The notes: generated by a model not told the origin, from the letters alone. Numbered from the stretch's first letter, positions 10,056 to 21,171 are shown. The stretch: 64,000 nucleotides of DNA from Candidatus Poribacteria bacterium (GCA_965242965.1 OZ251518.1:3264001-3328000); one strand, 5' to 3'. Numbers and translations are program-made.

Positions 10056-10134
10056 GTTTTAACTACCGAACACTCGCGCTTGAAGATGAAGGGGATTATC
10101 CTGTTTTTGGATTGGAAAGCCTGACGCATAAATC

Positions 10135-11034
10135 ATGAACATCATCGGAATTGATGGCGGCGGAACGAAAACCGTCGGCATCCTAACCGCGGCAACCGGC
10201 GAACGTATCGCCCGCGCGGAAGCAGGGCCTTCAAATTATCACGTCGTCGGCGAAGAAGAGACGCAAGCGGTTTTGGCGAAGACCATCGCAACCCTTTTTG
10301 AGCAGGCTGATTTGCCGCCGACAAGCGATACTGCCTTTTGTTTGGGCATGGCGGGGTTAGGACGCGCCGAAGACCGGGGTGTCATCGGACGCATTTGTGA
10401 TGCGTTAGGGCTGGGCAAAAATCGCATCCTCACACACGATGCACACATTGCCCTCGTCGGCGGCATCGGAAAACCGGAGGGGATAATTATCATCTCCGGC
10501 ACCGGTTCTATCGTCTACGGCATCAACGCGCAAGGAAAAGAGGCACGCGCTGGCGGATGGGGATACCTCCTCGGTGATGAAGGGAGCGGCTACGACATCG
10601 CCTTGAAAGGACTCCAAGCCGTCACACGCGCCGCAGATGGCAGAACTGAGCCGACAGCATTAACAACTCTGGTTCTTGAAAAACTTGGCTTGGATGCCCC
10701 GAGTGAACTTATCCGTTGGACGCACGCGGCGAGCCGTGACGTTATCGCGCAACTCGCTGAAGTTGTCTTTCGTGCAGCAGAACGAGGAGACAGGCGCGCG
10801 AGACAGATTGTCACCACCGCTGCGGATGAACTTGCCCGCGCCGCATCGGTAGTCCTAGAGCGATTAGCATTCACCGAACCGCCACGCATCGTTCTCAGCG
10901 GCGGAAATCTGGTGCATCAACCGCTGTTTGTCGAAGAACTCCGCGGGCGGTTGACAGTACCCCTGATGCTCCCGAAACACGAACCTGCGGTAGGCGCGGT
11001 GTTATTGGCACAACATGATGACAGAACAGCGTAA
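10135..11034 (+). CDS. BadF/BcrAD-type GlcNAc/MurNAc kinase (MurK-like)
   Basis: GIDGGGTKT, ISGTGS, RAGGWGYLLGDEGSG; adjacent to murQ. Confidence 0.9.
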   Translation: MNIIGIDGGGTKTVGILTAATGERIARAEAGPSNYHVVGEEETQAVLAKTIATLFEQADLPPTSDTAFCLGMAGLGRAEDRGVIGRICDALGLGKNRILTHDAHIALVGGIGKPEGIIIISGTGSIVYGINAQGKEARAGGWGYLLGDEGSGYDIALKGLQAVTRAADGRTEPTALTTLVLEKLGLDAPSELIRWTHAASRDVIAQLAEVVFRAAERGDRRARQIVTTAADELARAASVVLERLAFTEPPRIVLSGGNLVHQPLFVEELRGRLTVPLMLPKHEPAVGAVLLAQHDDRTA

Positions 11035-11905
11035 TCCAAACTCAACAGCCCTTGGCCTGAAGACAACGCGCGAAATCGTGCGAATCTTTAACGAGGAAGA
11101 CAGGAAAGCCGTCGCCGCTGTGGAGGCTGAAGCTGAAGCAATTGCACAAGCCGTTGAAATCGTCGTATCCGCTTTTCAGCAAGGCGGACGACTCTTTTAC
11201 ATCGGTGCAGGCACTAGCGGCCGGCTCGGCGTGCTAGATGCCTCAGAATGCCCACCGACTTTTAGCACAGACCCGGGGATGGTGCAGGGAATTATTGCGG
11301 GCGGCGATGTCGCCTTACGCCGCGCTGTCGAAGGCGAAGAGGATAAACCCGAACGCGGCGCAGCTGCCATCCGGGAACGGCAACTCACGCCGCGCGATGT
11401 CTTGATAGGTATCGCGAGTAGTGGACGGACACCTTATGTCCAGGGGGCTTTAAAGGAAGCGCGCGCCATCGGTGCAACGACGATATGCCTCTGCTGTGTC
11501 ACACCGCCTGACGAATGGAAGCCGTTTGTCAATCACTTCATCACGCCGATAGTGGGACCGGAAATTCTGACCGGCTCGACTCGGTTGAAGGCTGGCACCG
11601 CCACTAAACTTGTTTTGAACATGCTGACGACAATCGCGATGGTGAAAATCGGCAAAACCTACGATAACCTGATGGTAGATGTGCACGCCTCTAACTCCAA
11701 GTTGATAGACAGAAGCATCCGCATAGTTCAGGAGGTAACCGGTGTTAATGCCGCCCATGCCGAAGCCACTTTAGCGAAGGCAGATGGCAAAGCAAAAGTG
11801 GCGATTGTGATGTTGGTGAAAGGACTCAGCGCAACCGATGCCATTGCGTTATTGGAGAAACATGATGGGTTTCTGCGCTCTGTCATATCTGATTCACCGT
11901 TGTAG
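11015..11905 (+). CDS. murQ: N-acetylmuramic acid 6-phosphate etherase
   Basis: TEQRNP, GAGTSGRLGVLDASECPPTF, GSTRLKAGTATKLVLNM. Confidence 0.97.
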   Translation: MMTEQRNPNSTALGLKTTREIVRIFNEEDRKAVAAVEAEAEAIAQAVEIVVSAFQQGGRLFYIGAGTSGRLGVLDASECPPTFSTDPGMVQGIIAGGDVALRRAVEGEEDKPERGAAAIRERQLTPRDVLIGIASSGRTPYVQGALKEARAIGATTICLCCVTPPDEWKPFVNHFITPIVGPEILTGSTRLKAGTATKLVLNMLTTIAMVKIGKTYDNLMVDVHASNSKLIDRSIRIVQEVTGVNAAHAEATLAKADGKAKVAIVMLVKGLSATDAIALLEKHDGFLRSVISDSPL

Positions 11906-11946
11906 TTTGAGATTGGGTATTTTTTCATGCCGAGAGCCCTTTAGCA

Positions 11947-12070
11947 CGTAGCGCGGGGGCCTGTCCCCCGCGTTCGTGCATGGCGAGGGACAGGCCATCG
12001 CTTGCATCGAGACCGGGCGGTCTCTCCTACCCCCGCGTTCGTGCATGGCGAGGAACAGGCCCCGCCTTAC
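11947..12070. repeat. GTAG REP-like palindrome cluster
   Basis: GTAGCGCGGGGGCCTGTCCCCCGCG and related modules. Confidence 0.8.
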
Positions 12071-12106
12071 AGACAAGCGGCTTCGGAGATATTAGGAGGA
12101 ACTCTG

Positions 12107-13057
12107 ATGAAAACCACAAAAGTCGGACTTGCCAAAACCGGCAGACGACGTTCTAACGTTTTTGAAGCGATGGACAGCATCCGAGAGGAACTCACGCCGA
12201 AAGTCCGTGAGCAGGTGCTGTTGAAACCGAACTTCCTCTCCAGCACGAATCAACTCGCCTCGTCGCATGTGGATGCGATGCGCGGCGCGTTGGACTTCTT
12301 GCTCAGTACACCGAACCCGCCAACCGAGGTCATCATCGCCGAGGGGGCCAATGAGAAGTTCTCCGGCGAAGCCTTCCAAGTTTTTGGCTACGAGGCACTG
12401 CAGGCGGAATACGATGTGCCTATCCGCCTCGTCGATTTGCATCAGGAGACTGAGTGGGAAGAAGCAGAAGTGTTGCTTGCGGGCCGTGAAACCGATACCG
12501 TCCGAATGCCGAAGTTGGTGCTGGATTGCCCCTGCACAATCTCTATCGCGATTGCCAAAACGCACGATGCTGGCGTAGTGACGCTCGCGATGAAAAACAT
12601 GATTATGGGCACGCTGCACAAGGCAGACCGGATTAAGATGCACGGATATCATAGCCACGCCGACCGGGTGCTACCGCTTGAAGCACAGACGCTCAATATG
12701 AATCTGCTTCGGCTGTCGCATCCCTTGCTGCCGGATATCGCTATCGTCGATGGCACGGTTGGGTTGCAAGGCAATGGCCCCGGCGGCACCGATTCTGTTC
12801 CCCTCGGCATCGCCGTTGCGAGTGCCGATGTATTCGCGGCGGACGCTGTCACGGCGAAAGCGATGGGGTTTGAACCGCTGGAAATCGGGCTGTTCCACTA
12901 CGCCAACGAAATGGGCTACGGCATCGCTGATCTGGACAAAATCGAGATAGTCGGACCGGCGGTGGACACCGTTGCCGAATCGTTTAAGCCGCACGAGACA
13001 GCGGAACTCCAATTCCAGTGGCACGAAGCGAATGCCGCCGAATATCTTAACCTATAA
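12107..13057 (+). CDS. DUF362 family protein
   Basis: AGGAGG RBS; VLLKPN, VIIAEG, KTH...TLAMKNMIMG, DG..GNGP, D.FAAD. Confidence 0.85.
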   Translation: MKTTKVGLAKTGRRRSNVFEAMDSIREELTPKVREQVLLKPNFLSSTNQLASSHVDAMRGALDFLLSTPNPPTEVIIAEGANEKFSGEAFQVFGYEALQAEYDVPIRLVDLHQETEWEEAEVLLAGRETDTVRMPKLVLDCPCTISIAIAKTHDAGVVTLAMKNMIMGTLHKADRIKMHGYHSHADRVLPLEAQTLNMNLLRLSHPLLPDIAIVDGTVGLQGNGPGGTDSVPLGIAVASADVFAADAVTAKAMGFEPLEIGLFHYANEMGYGIADLDKIEIVGPAVDTVAESFKPHETAELQFQWHEANAAEYLNL

Positions 13058-13072
13058 GGACAAAGGAGACTT

Positions 13073-14008
13073 ATGAAACTTTTCCATCATAACCTAGGAC
13101 GAGAGGTTATCTCTCGCCACTCTCACACCGTAAGGCGAGTGCCTGTCTCTCGCCATATTCTCTGCCTATTCCTACTCACCTTTACTGCGCCAACGTGGGC
13201 ATGGTGGGGAGGTGGACACGAGACGCTCACGCGGGCATCCGTGAGAGCATTGCCGGAAGAGATACCCGAATTTTTCCGCGCAGCTTTCGCTGAGAACGCC
13301 ATCGCGCACGGTGCTTATGACCCGGACCTGGCGAGAAACCGGAGCACGCCGAATGCTCGCGCTGCAGAGTCCCCACAACACTATTTCGACGTGGAGCTAC
13401 TGCAAGGCAGACCTTTTGCTGATAACCTCGGCGCGCATATTCGGCTCTGTGATGAACTTGGAACCTCATACCACAGCGTCGGGACGCTGCCGTATGTGTT
13501 GGCGGAGTGGACAGAACGTCTCGCCATTGCTTTCCAGGAGCATCGAAAATGGCCGGACAATCCTATTATTCAGAGCAAATGCCTTGTCTATGCCGGGTTT
13601 GTTGCGCACTACGCGCAGGATATGTGTCAACCACTGCACCTGACAGTGCATTTCAACGGACGCGCGAAGCCCGACGGTTCATCCCCGGGCACAGGCATCC
13701 ATGAGAATGTGGACGCGCTAGTTGGACGGCTTAAACTAAAGGCTGACGATTTGGCGAAGGACCAGGAGATTCTGCCGGTTGAGGAGTTGCTTCCCGCGAT
13801 TTTTCAGCAGATTAAAGCCGGGCATCGCCTCGTGGATAGCGTCTATGACTTGGAAGAAGATCTGAAAAACTATCAGGAGCCAACGCCTGCGCTCGTCGAT
13901 TTTACGAATGAACGTGCGCGCGAGGCAGTGCGCTGGACCGCGGCACTTTATCTCACGGCGTGGCGAATGTCTAATGACATTTCGTTGCCGGGGTGGTTAA
14001 ATCGGTAA
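13073..14008 (+). CDS. S1/P1 nuclease / Zn-dependent phospholipase C family exported protein
   Basis: Mature N-terminus WWGGGH, HYFD, HYAQDMCQPLH, GIHE Zn ligands. Confidence 0.8.
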   Translation: MKLFHHNLGREVISRHSHTVRRVPVSRHILCLFLLTFTAPTWAWWGGGHETLTRASVRALPEEIPEFFRAAFAENAIAHGAYDPDLARNRSTPNARAAESPQHYFDVELLQGRPFADNLGAHIRLCDELGTSYHSVGTLPYVLAEWTERLAIAFQEHRKWPDNPIIQSKCLVYAGFVAHYAQDMCQPLHLTVHFNGRAKPDGSSPGTGIHENVDALVGRLKLKADDLAKDQEILPVEELLPAIFQQIKAGHRLVDSVYDLEEDLKNYQEPTPALVDFTNERAREAVRWTAALYLTAWRMSNDISLPGWLNR

Positions 14009-14024
14009 CGAACCGTCGGGCCCC

Positions 14025-14271
14025 CGTAGGGCGAGGGCCTGTCCCTCGCCGTGCCACAGTCGAGACCAGGAGGTCTCTCCTACAAGGGAGATGCTCTGTC
14101 AGGTCTCCGTGCCACAGTCGAGACCGGGCGGTCTCTCCTACCGGGGAGATGCTTTGTCAGGCCGGCGTAGGGCGAGGGCCTGTCCCTCGCCATCGTCCGC
14201 GTAATCCAACGTTCGCGGGGGACAGGCCCCCGCGCTACGGGAACATCGAGACCGGGCGGTCTCTCCTACGG
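14025..14271. repeat. GTAG REP-like palindrome cluster between convergent genes
   Basis: Multiple GTAG hairpin modules. Confidence 0.8.
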
Positions 14272-14285
14272 GGGCCACTCCTTTC

Positions 14286-15464
14286 TCACCCTTCTGCACG
14301 CAATATCTCTGCCGCCTCACGGATAACCTGCAGTTTCCGCGCCGCAATTTCTGTCGTGTTCACCGGGCGGTCTGCGAAAGTGCCGAAGCCGCAATCCGGA
14401 TTCAAATAAATCTGCTCCGGTTTCCGATGCTTGCGCAGCGCGCGGACCTTGGCTAACACAAAGTCAACCGATTCTACCTCCGTCGTGCGAGGATCTACCA
14501 CGCCGAGTCCAATCTCCTTATTTGCCGGCAATTCGCCGAGGACATCGATGCTCCCTGCACGTTCTGTCGCGTATTCCAACACGAACTGAGTTACGTTCAT
14601 GCGGCTAAAATAGGGGATGAGTGCATCATAGGAACCGCGCAGCAGCACCTCTTCTTCCTGACTCCAGTTGCCGCGGCAGACATGAAGCGCGGTCTTCACT
14701 TTTTTCTCGCTATTCTGATCCAATACGTCAACGACGCGATTGATTAACTGCACCGCGAAATCGAGTTCCTCTTCCGGACTGCTCTTTTCCGAAAGCGCGG
14801 CACACATAAAACTGTGCGTCTCATGCGGTCCCGTGAACGCAACCTCTGTCAAGACCGGCTCATCAAACTGAATGAATTGGCAGCCTGCCTCTTGCAGTGC
14901 CTTCACCTCTTCCCGCAGCACCGCGACGACATCTCTCCCAAGGGATTCCTTGTCGGGATAAATATGGGCGGAGAGCCGCTTTACCCACATCGAGCGGGTT
15001 AGGAGATAAGGACCGGGTAAGGTAACCTTAATTGGTTTTTTGGTGTGTTTCTTGAGAAACAAGAAATCTTTCAACGCGAACGGCTCGTTGCGCACCACGA
15101 GTCCATCGACTACCGGATTTTTCAGCGCAAACGCGGGGACATCCAGTGCGTTGAGGAGCTGTTCAAAAGCGGCTTTATCCTCAACGTAATCGAGCATTTC
15201 CGCCAGCGTCATCAGCCGGATGCCTTCAATGGAATCGGTGATGAAAGAATAGAAGTTATCGCGGCGTTGCTCACCGTCGCTGACGATGTCCACGCCGTTT
15301 TCCTCTTGGAGTTTCAGGCTTTCCAGCACCGCTGCATCAGCGATGCTATTAAATTCGGTTTCGGCGATGCGGCCTTTTTGCCTATTTCGCAATGCCCTCG
15401 CGACCTGCCGTGAGCGTGGCAAACTCCCGACGACGGTGACGGGGAATGCGGGTAGATTATTCAT
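14286..15464 (-). CDS. Cobalamin-independent methionine synthase II family (single-barrel MetE-like)
   Basis: VGSLPR, SDGEQRR, QFDEP, HVCRGN, LEY, NPDCGF Zn ligands. Confidence 0.9.
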   Translation of the reverse strand: MNNLPAFPVTVVGSLPRSRQVARALRNRQKGRIAETEFNSIADAAVLESLKLQEENGVDIVSDGEQRRDNFYSFITDSIEGIRLMTLAEMLDYVEDKAAFEQLLNALDVPAFALKNPVVDGLVVRNEPFALKDFLFLKKHTKKPIKVTLPGPYLLTRSMWVKRLSAHIYPDKESLGRDVVAVLREEVKALQEAGCQFIQFDEPVLTEVAFTGPHETHSFMCAALSEKSSPEEELDFAVQLINRVVDVLDQNSEKKVKTALHVCRGNWSQEEEVLLRGSYDALIPYFSRMNVTQFVLEYATERAGSIDVLGELPANKEIGLGVVDPRTTEVESVDFVLAKVRALRKHRKPEQIYLNPDCGFGTFADRPVNTTEIAARKLQVIREAAEILRAEG

Positions 15465-15500
15465 TGTTTCTCCTCCTTCACTTCCATAGCGAACGTTAAT

Positions 15501-15792
15501 GAGGGTGTTTCATAATTCGATGCCTTCCCGGTAGGCGAGACCTCCTGGTCTCGATGTTCCCGTAGCGCGGGGGCCTGTCCCCCGCGAACGTTGGATTACG
15601 CGATCACTGGCGAGGGCCTGTCCCTCGCCCTACGATGAAGGATCCCCCCTGTAGGTAAGGATCGCCAGATCCTTACCCGTTCGAGATCTGGCGATCTCGA
15701 ACTACAGAGGTGGGCCCAATGCCTTTTTCTATCGGTATTCGCCTGTCCCCCAAGAGGGAATAAATACCGAAACAGAGTTATGAAACACCCTC
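15501..15792. mobile_element. MITE-like element, 8-bp TSD ACGTTAAT
   Basis: Perfect TIRs; direct repeat 15493-15500 / 15793-15800. Confidence 0.85.
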
Positions 15793-16405
15793 ACGTTAAT
15801 GTCACCCTGTCCATCTTCATTAGTGCGCCGCCCTGAATCTGTTCAGGGAGCAGTTCAACCCCGTATCTCTCGTGCAATGCCTGCAGATCCGCGAAGTCTG
15901 TCGCTTTCAACGGGTATCCGGTGTGTGAGCGGACCTGGTAATTAACCGATAGACACCGGACTTTTCTCCCTCCGATAAAACCGACAGCGTTCAACTCCGA
16001 TGCCTCGATAACCCAGTCGATCTCCCCGGGCCCGTATACACCTCCGCCTTCTTCTGTCCGTTTGATGACATGAAAGTCGATTAGGCCATGCGCCCGATGC
16101 CCCATCACGAAGTTTCGGGATTTCCGGTCTTCGGTATAGATGTGAACGAAGCCGCGCGCTAATAGTGCTTCAGTCAGCAGTGCTGAATCTGTCCACGAAA
16201 TCATGATGTCCAGATCTCCGTGGTTACGCGTGCATTTACCGAGCAGGGCATCGATGCCCCATCCTCCGTCAAGCCAGACTTCAATGCCGAGTTCATCGAA
16301 AAGAGCGAGGAACCAGTGAACTCTGTCAACGGACATCAGCCTGGATGCATCCTCAAACACCTGCGATGCGTTGAGGAGGACAGGTTCGTGCAAGTCCTGC
16401 TTCAT
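15791..16405 (-). CDS. Lnu(A)/ANT(2'')-like nucleotidyltransferase family protein
   Basis: WLDGGWGIDALLG..TR.H.DLDI, IDFH, CLS...Q...HTGY. Confidence 0.8.
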   Translation of the reverse strand: MKQDLHEPVLLNASQVFEDASRLMSVDRVHWFLALFDELGIEVWLDGGWGIDALLGKCTRNHGDLDIMISWTDSALLTEALLARGFVHIYTEDRKSRNFVMGHRAHGLIDFHVIKRTEEGGGVYGPGEIDWVIEASELNAVGFIGGRKVRCLSVNYQVRSHTGYPLKATDFADLQALHERYGVELLPEQIQGGALMKMDRVTLT

Positions 16406-16438
16406 TGTCGGTGGCCCTTCGTGGTTAACGCGAGCGGC

Positions 16439-16960
16439 TCATTCCGCTTTCGGTTGATGCTGTTCGATGATTTTCCCGAGTGCCCGCAAAGCCTCGTTAA
16501 CGGCTTTGGCGTTGGGGAACATTCTGGCGACATCGTTGTCAAGTTTCACGAGGATAGTAAAATCGTCGAACCTGTCGGCATATTTGCCGCGGATGCCGTT
16601 GCTGAAGTCATATTCGTCGCGCATGTCCGATTCTTGGTGTTGGGGGGTTGCTTCCTTCATCATAATTTCTCCTGCTTCGTAGTTTTTTCGTTCGTGGGCT
16701 GTTGCTTTTCGGGCAGAAATGATGCGAATAGCATCGTCTCTTTCGGTGTAAACAACGACTAAAAGCCTTTGCTTGTCAGAATAGCCGGCAATTAACCACC
16801 TTTCTTCCTCTTCTGAGTGAAGTAGATCCGAGGTGGTTAAAGACAGTGAATCGGAAAAAACTGTAATTGCTTCCTGAAAGGAAACTTCGTGTCTTCTCAG
16901 ATTTTCCGATGCTTTTCGGTGATCCCATTCAAATATCAGGTTCACATTTTCCCTCTTCAT
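16439..16960 (-). CDS. BrnT-family toxin fused in frame to its antitoxin
   Basis: FEWD..KA..N..H.VSF.EA...RIISARKAT then MRDEYDFS..RGKY..LDNDVA..FPN..VNEALR, with no stop between. Confidence 0.8.
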   Translation of the reverse strand: MKRENVNLIFEWDHRKASENLRRHEVSFQEAITVFSDSLSLTTSDLLHSEEEERWLIAGYSDKQRLLVVVYTERDDAIRIISARKATAHERKNYEAGEIMMKEATPQHQESDMRDEYDFSNGIRGKYADRFDDFTILVKLDNDVARMFPNAKAVNEALRALGKIIEQHQPKAE

Positions 16961-17174
16961 TCCGCCCAATGTCTGGCGATGGAGTTTGGAATTCTAAAAT
17001 CCACCGTTGAATACGAGGATACATTCTTAAGTATACCACAAAAAACGACTCCATGTCAACTAAAAAACGCATATTGATTGTTTTCTCGCTTTTGGGCTTG
17101 ACCTTTTGCTAAATAGATGATACAATCTAGCGTAAGGGGGAGGCATAGAGTCACCAGCGAATAGAAATTAATCT

Positions 17175-17710
17175 GAGGGTGTTTCATAAATCGATGGCTT
17201 CCCGGTAGGCGAGACCTCCCGGTCTTGATGCGTCCCCGTAGGCTCGTCCTCCCGGTCTCAATATTCCCGTAGCGCGGGGGCCTGTCCCCCGCGATCGCCA
17301 TCGGCAAGAGGGCGTTTTAGGTCCTTTAGGTCCTACATGTCTATAGATACACGTGTCAGCCCGTTTTAGGTCCTTTAGGTCCTTCATAAAAAACACGCGG
17401 CCCTGGCAAAACTATTAAGGACCTAAAGGACCTTAGGGCTCTTCGCGTTCGCGCGTGCTATAGACATTAAGGTCCTACGGACCTAAGAGACGTTTTTTAT
17501 CGTAGTGCGGGGGCCTGTCCTCTGCGAGCGTTGGATTGCGCGGACGCTGGCGAGGGAAACCCGCTCGGATGCGCGTGTGGCATCCGAGGGCCCTCGCCCT
17601 ACGATGAAGGGGGGCTTTCTGCCGCCGCTGCCCCGGTAGGCGCGCCGCCCTATTGCATCGAGACCAGGAGGGCTCTCCTACGGGTGTGCATCGATTTAGG
17701 AAACACCCTC
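17175..17710. mobile_element. MITE-like element, imperfect 9-bp TSD AA(T/C)TAATCT
   Basis: GAGGGTGTTTCATA...TAGGAAACACCCTC; flanks 17166-17174 / 17711-17719. Confidence 0.8.
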
Positions 17711-17733
17711 AACTAATCTATAAGGAGGCTTGA

Positions 17734-19158
17734 ATGTTAAATCTCAATCTGGATACCAACACTATCAACCGCACCTTGTTTAGGGGAGACAACCTTGAAT
17801 GGATGAGGAGGCTACCCTCCCAGTCGGTGGACATCATCGCTACCGATCCGCCGTTTAATTCCAAGCGCGATTACTTCGTGCCGTTCCGCGACAAACAAGG
17901 CAAAGAACCCGAAACCCTCGTGAAGGCGTTTTCTGACACGTGGAGTTGGGGGATTGCCGCGGAGACTGCTTGTGATGAATTGATTACGGAAGTCGGCGGA
18001 CTTGTAGGAGAAACGATCCTGGGAATGCGGACGTTCCTCAAAGAAACGCCGATGATGGCGTATCTGGTGATGATGGGCATCCGCCTCGTGGAAATGCACC
18101 GCGTCTTGAAGCCCACCGGGAGCATCTATCTGCACTGCGATGCATCTGCTGGCCACTACCTCAAACTGCTTATGGATGCAGTCTTTGGCGTGAAAAACTT
18201 CCGGAATGAGATAGTTTGGTGCTATGATACGCCTGCAAATGTCCGGCGATGGTTTCCAAGAAAAACCGACAACATTCTGTTTTATACGAAAGGTTCGACA
18301 TGGACTTTCAATGTTGACAACGTCAGGACTCCATATAAGCGCGGAAGCAAATTGGATGGTAAGGGCTGGGGAACAAATCCAGCGTATTCAGCAGAAGAGG
18401 TTGCAAAAGGCAAGGTTATGCCCAATTGGTGGGCTGACTGCACTCCCGTGCAGCGTCTGATAACCGAACGCACGGGGTATCCGACGCAGAAGCCGATTAC
18501 ACTCTATGAACGCATACTTAAAGCTTCCAGCAACGAGGGTGACTTGGTTCTTGATCCGTTCTGCGGATGTGGCACCACCGTGATTGCAGCCGAGAACCTC
18601 GGACGGCGATGGATTGGCATTGAGCTCACCTATCTTGCTACTAGTGCTGTCAAATTACAAGTGGAGAAGTTCTATCCGCACATCTGTGATGAGGTGAGGA
18701 TTATTGGTATACCCGAAGACCTTCCGTCTGCAATCCGTCTCGCATCTGAGGATGCGTTTGGCTTTGAGGAGTGGTGCGTGACTCACGTGCTGAATTTCCG
18801 GAGAAATGCGACTCGTGGTGGTGATGGCGGCATCGATGGCGTTCGCAATTTTCCTCTCGGTAAGATTGGTGGGCGGAAATCCTATGGCAAGATGGTTGCC
18901 CAAGTCAAGGGTGGCAATTATACGCTTGGACATGTCCGTGATTTCCGCACGGCGATGGACAACGCGAACGCCGAGTTGGGTGTCTTTGTCGTTGCTAAAC
19001 CGCCGACGCGTGAAATGCAAAAAGAGGCATCCCGTGCGGGGCTATGGAAGCATCCGACGTTGGATTTTGAGTGTCCATGCCTGCAGATATACGAGGTTAA
19101 GGACTACTTCGCGGGGGTTGCGCCAAAAATCCCTCTTAGCGAACGCAGTGTCCTCTAG
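17734..19158 (+). CDS. Beta-class N6/N4 DNA methyltransferase fused to Mrr-like endonuclease domain
   Basis: [22 protein letters not shown]; C-terminal GGDGGIDG...QVKGG. Confidence 0.9.
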   Translation: MLNLNLDTNTINRTLFRGDNLEWMRRLPSQSVDIIATDPPFNSKRDYFVPFRDKQGKEPETLVKAFSDTWSWGIAAETACDELITEVGGLVGETILGMRTFLKETPMMAYLVMMGIRLVEMHRVLKPTGSIYLHCDASAGHYLKLLMDAVFGVKNFRNEIVWCYDTPANVRRWFPRKTDNILFYTKGSTWTFNVDNVRTPYKRGSKLDGKGWGTNPAYSAEEVAKGKVMPNWWADCTPVQRLITERTGYPTQKPITLYERILKASSNEGDLVLDPFCGCGTTVIAAENLGRRWIGIELTYLATSAVKLQVEKFYPHICDEVRIIGIPEDLPSAIRLASEDAFGFEEWCVTHVLNFRRNATRGGDGGIDGVRNFPLGKIGGRKSYGKMVAQVKGGNYTLGHVRDFRTAMDNANAELGVFVVAKPPTREMQKEASRAGLWKHPTLDFECPCLQIYEVKDYFAGVAPKIPLSERSVL

Positions 19159-19189
19159 CCGTTGCAAACCGCCTATTCTCACGATGGGG

Positions 19190-19208
19190 AGAGGCGGTGC
19201 CTCTTTTT
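19190..19208 (+). terminator. Possible intrinsic terminator
   Basis: AGAGGC-GGT-GCCTCT followed by T run. Confidence 0.4.
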
Positions 19209-19294
19209 GCGCGCGTCTATACTTTCATAATGGTGTTTTCGCTGTTTGACATAGCCTTTTGCCCCACCTTTTCCATCAATCAGAATGAGGAACC

Positions 19295-21016
19295 TTATTC
19301 CTCTATCGAACGTTCATGGGCAGTGCCAAGGAATGCGTTAAGTTCGTATAGTTTCTCGACTGCGGAGGTGACTGCACCATCCGGATCTGATTTGTTCCAC
19401 TTCAGACCCAGATAAATCAATAGGGTTCTGAGGCATATACTAGTCAACGAACATGCTATTCTCGGGTCCGGCTCTGTAAAACCGAAAATCGGCGTGTAGT
19501 AACGCCCTCTTCGGTTCAGGTGATGTAAATCAATCTCGTACCACTGACCGTGGATGAAATCACTTGGACTTCCGAATCCATACGAGTACATAGGCTCTTG
19601 CCCTAATTCCTTCATAAGGTCCCGAAAGTGTTTTCCATCAACATTCCAAGTTGTGTTATTCATCAACTCAGTTTGGGAAATCCCATCTTTTGTGAGCCGA
19701 GCTACGATCTTCCGCTTCATTCGTTTCTCAATCTGAATCAGTGGCCGTTTTTGGGCCTTAGCCTTCAGGTCTTGAAGAGTCTCTTTGTAAGGTCTATAAG
19801 AGGCTAAAATGAAACTCCGAAAGGTTTGCCGCTTTGCCTTTGAGTTGATGAAGTACTCGATTCGCGTGGCTGTCTCAAATATGGGCCTGGAAAAGAGGGC
19901 AGCCAATTCAAGTTCGTGACGAGAAATGTGATTCTGAGCACCTCCGAGTAATTTCCTGATACGAACCATGTGCCCAACGATTATTGCTCTATGTTTGGTG
20001 TATCCCTTGTTGCCCATTTCCTCGTACGGAGTCGGATCAACACCCACTCTAAGCAAGTACAGGGACCAATTCATAATCTCAACTGCAAAAGTCATAAAAT
20101 CATAATTCGTTTTACAATCAGAGACTCGCGACAAATTGGCATCAATCCAAATTTCAATCTCGGTAAGTTTCTGGTTGATGTTATCCCTATTTTCCTTTGC
20201 CGTTAAGTGAGGAGACGTGCTGATGTGACAAGATTGGAAAAATTCCAACAGGCGATTCTTCGTCTCCGGCAGAGTCAACTCCACAGATCCCATCAGCGCA
20301 TGATGAATTTTGTCAAAATCCTCACGGGTCCAACCGGCAGAGTGCAACGCGGTGAGCCACTGAGTAAAGATACTGTCGCTTCCATAGTTAAGGGGCGTGC
20401 TAACCATCTCTACCGGTAACCGCACCCGCAACGATTCTATAATCCATCTCAACAAGAATTTGATGAACGAGTCGAAGCGATAGCGAGGAAGATAAGGGGC
20501 ATTGGCAGCAGCCTCATCTGCGTCCTCTACGAACATTGAGATCAGTTCCTGATCTTGTTCATCGACCTCGGGTGGTACCAGGGTGAAAAGGGTGTCCAAA
20601 CGGTTTGCTGGCTGACCAGGAGCGTGCCAACGCCCATCTGGCCCCCTGGTAAAAAGGAGATCTGAAACAATTGGGGTTTCCTTGTTGGCACTCCGTTCAA
20701 CAAGGAAACCTGTGCGGGGATCCGCCCAATCTGTCCTCACACAAAAAGCCAAAAATGGGTATTGGCAATCAGCACAAGGAATTAAATCCCGTTCCCCCTC
20801 GCGCTCTTCATCACTTCCAAGGTAAACCAGGTCCAGCAAAAAGTCCATCACATGAGTTGCCCAATCTAACCGATTGAGGAATGGCGTTGCGGGATCACAG
20901 CCAAGATAGTCGGAGTGAATAACAAAGGCCGTTAGAACTCCCTTTTGCCTCTGTTCTTCATCACCTATGTGTTCCGCTTTTTCTCGTGATGGGTGTTGCT
21001 GTTTCGTATCTTTCAT
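19295..21016 (-). CDS. Two-domain hypothetical protein, C-terminal DUF5677-like helical domain
   Basis: R..FE....IEY and Y....S.FIH pattern; visibly AT-richer than flanks. Confidence 0.6.
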   Translation of the reverse strand: MKDTKQQHPSREKAEHIGDEEQRQKGVLTAFVIHSDYLGCDPATPFLNRLDWATHVMDFLLDLVYLGSDEEREGERDLIPCADCQYPFLAFCVRTDWADPRTGFLVERSANKETPIVSDLLFTRGPDGRWHAPGQPANRLDTLFTLVPPEVDEQDQELISMFVEDADEAAANAPYLPRYRFDSFIKFLLRWIIESLRVRLPVEMVSTPLNYGSDSIFTQWLTALHSAGWTREDFDKIHHALMGSVELTLPETKNRLLEFFQSCHISTSPHLTAKENRDNINQKLTEIEIWIDANLSRVSDCKTNYDFMTFAVEIMNWSLYLLRVGVDPTPYEEMGNKGYTKHRAIIVGHMVRIRKLLGGAQNHISRHELELAALFSRPIFETATRIEYFINSKAKRQTFRSFILASYRPYKETLQDLKAKAQKRPLIQIEKRMKRKIVARLTKDGISQTELMNNTTWNVDGKHFRDLMKELGQEPMYSYGFGSPSDFIHGQWYEIDLHHLNRRGRYYTPIFGFTEPDPRIACSLTSICLRTLLIYLGLKWNKSDPDGAVTSAVEKLYELNAFLGTAHERSIEE

Positions 21017-21171
21017 CGTTCGCCTCGCACAAGTCTACCAAGTTCGTCGTTCTTCGCGCACCATAACGACCTGTAATGCGCCGAACATCGCGCCGACACA
21101 TCAACCGATCGAATCGTTAGTGTTAATTATACCCTATTTCCAAGCGAAAGTCAAATTGATTTTCACTCCCC

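Noticed and set aside
15791-16405. Calling this a proven antibiotic-resistance gene
   Set aside because: Only family motifs are visible; the substrate cannot be inferred
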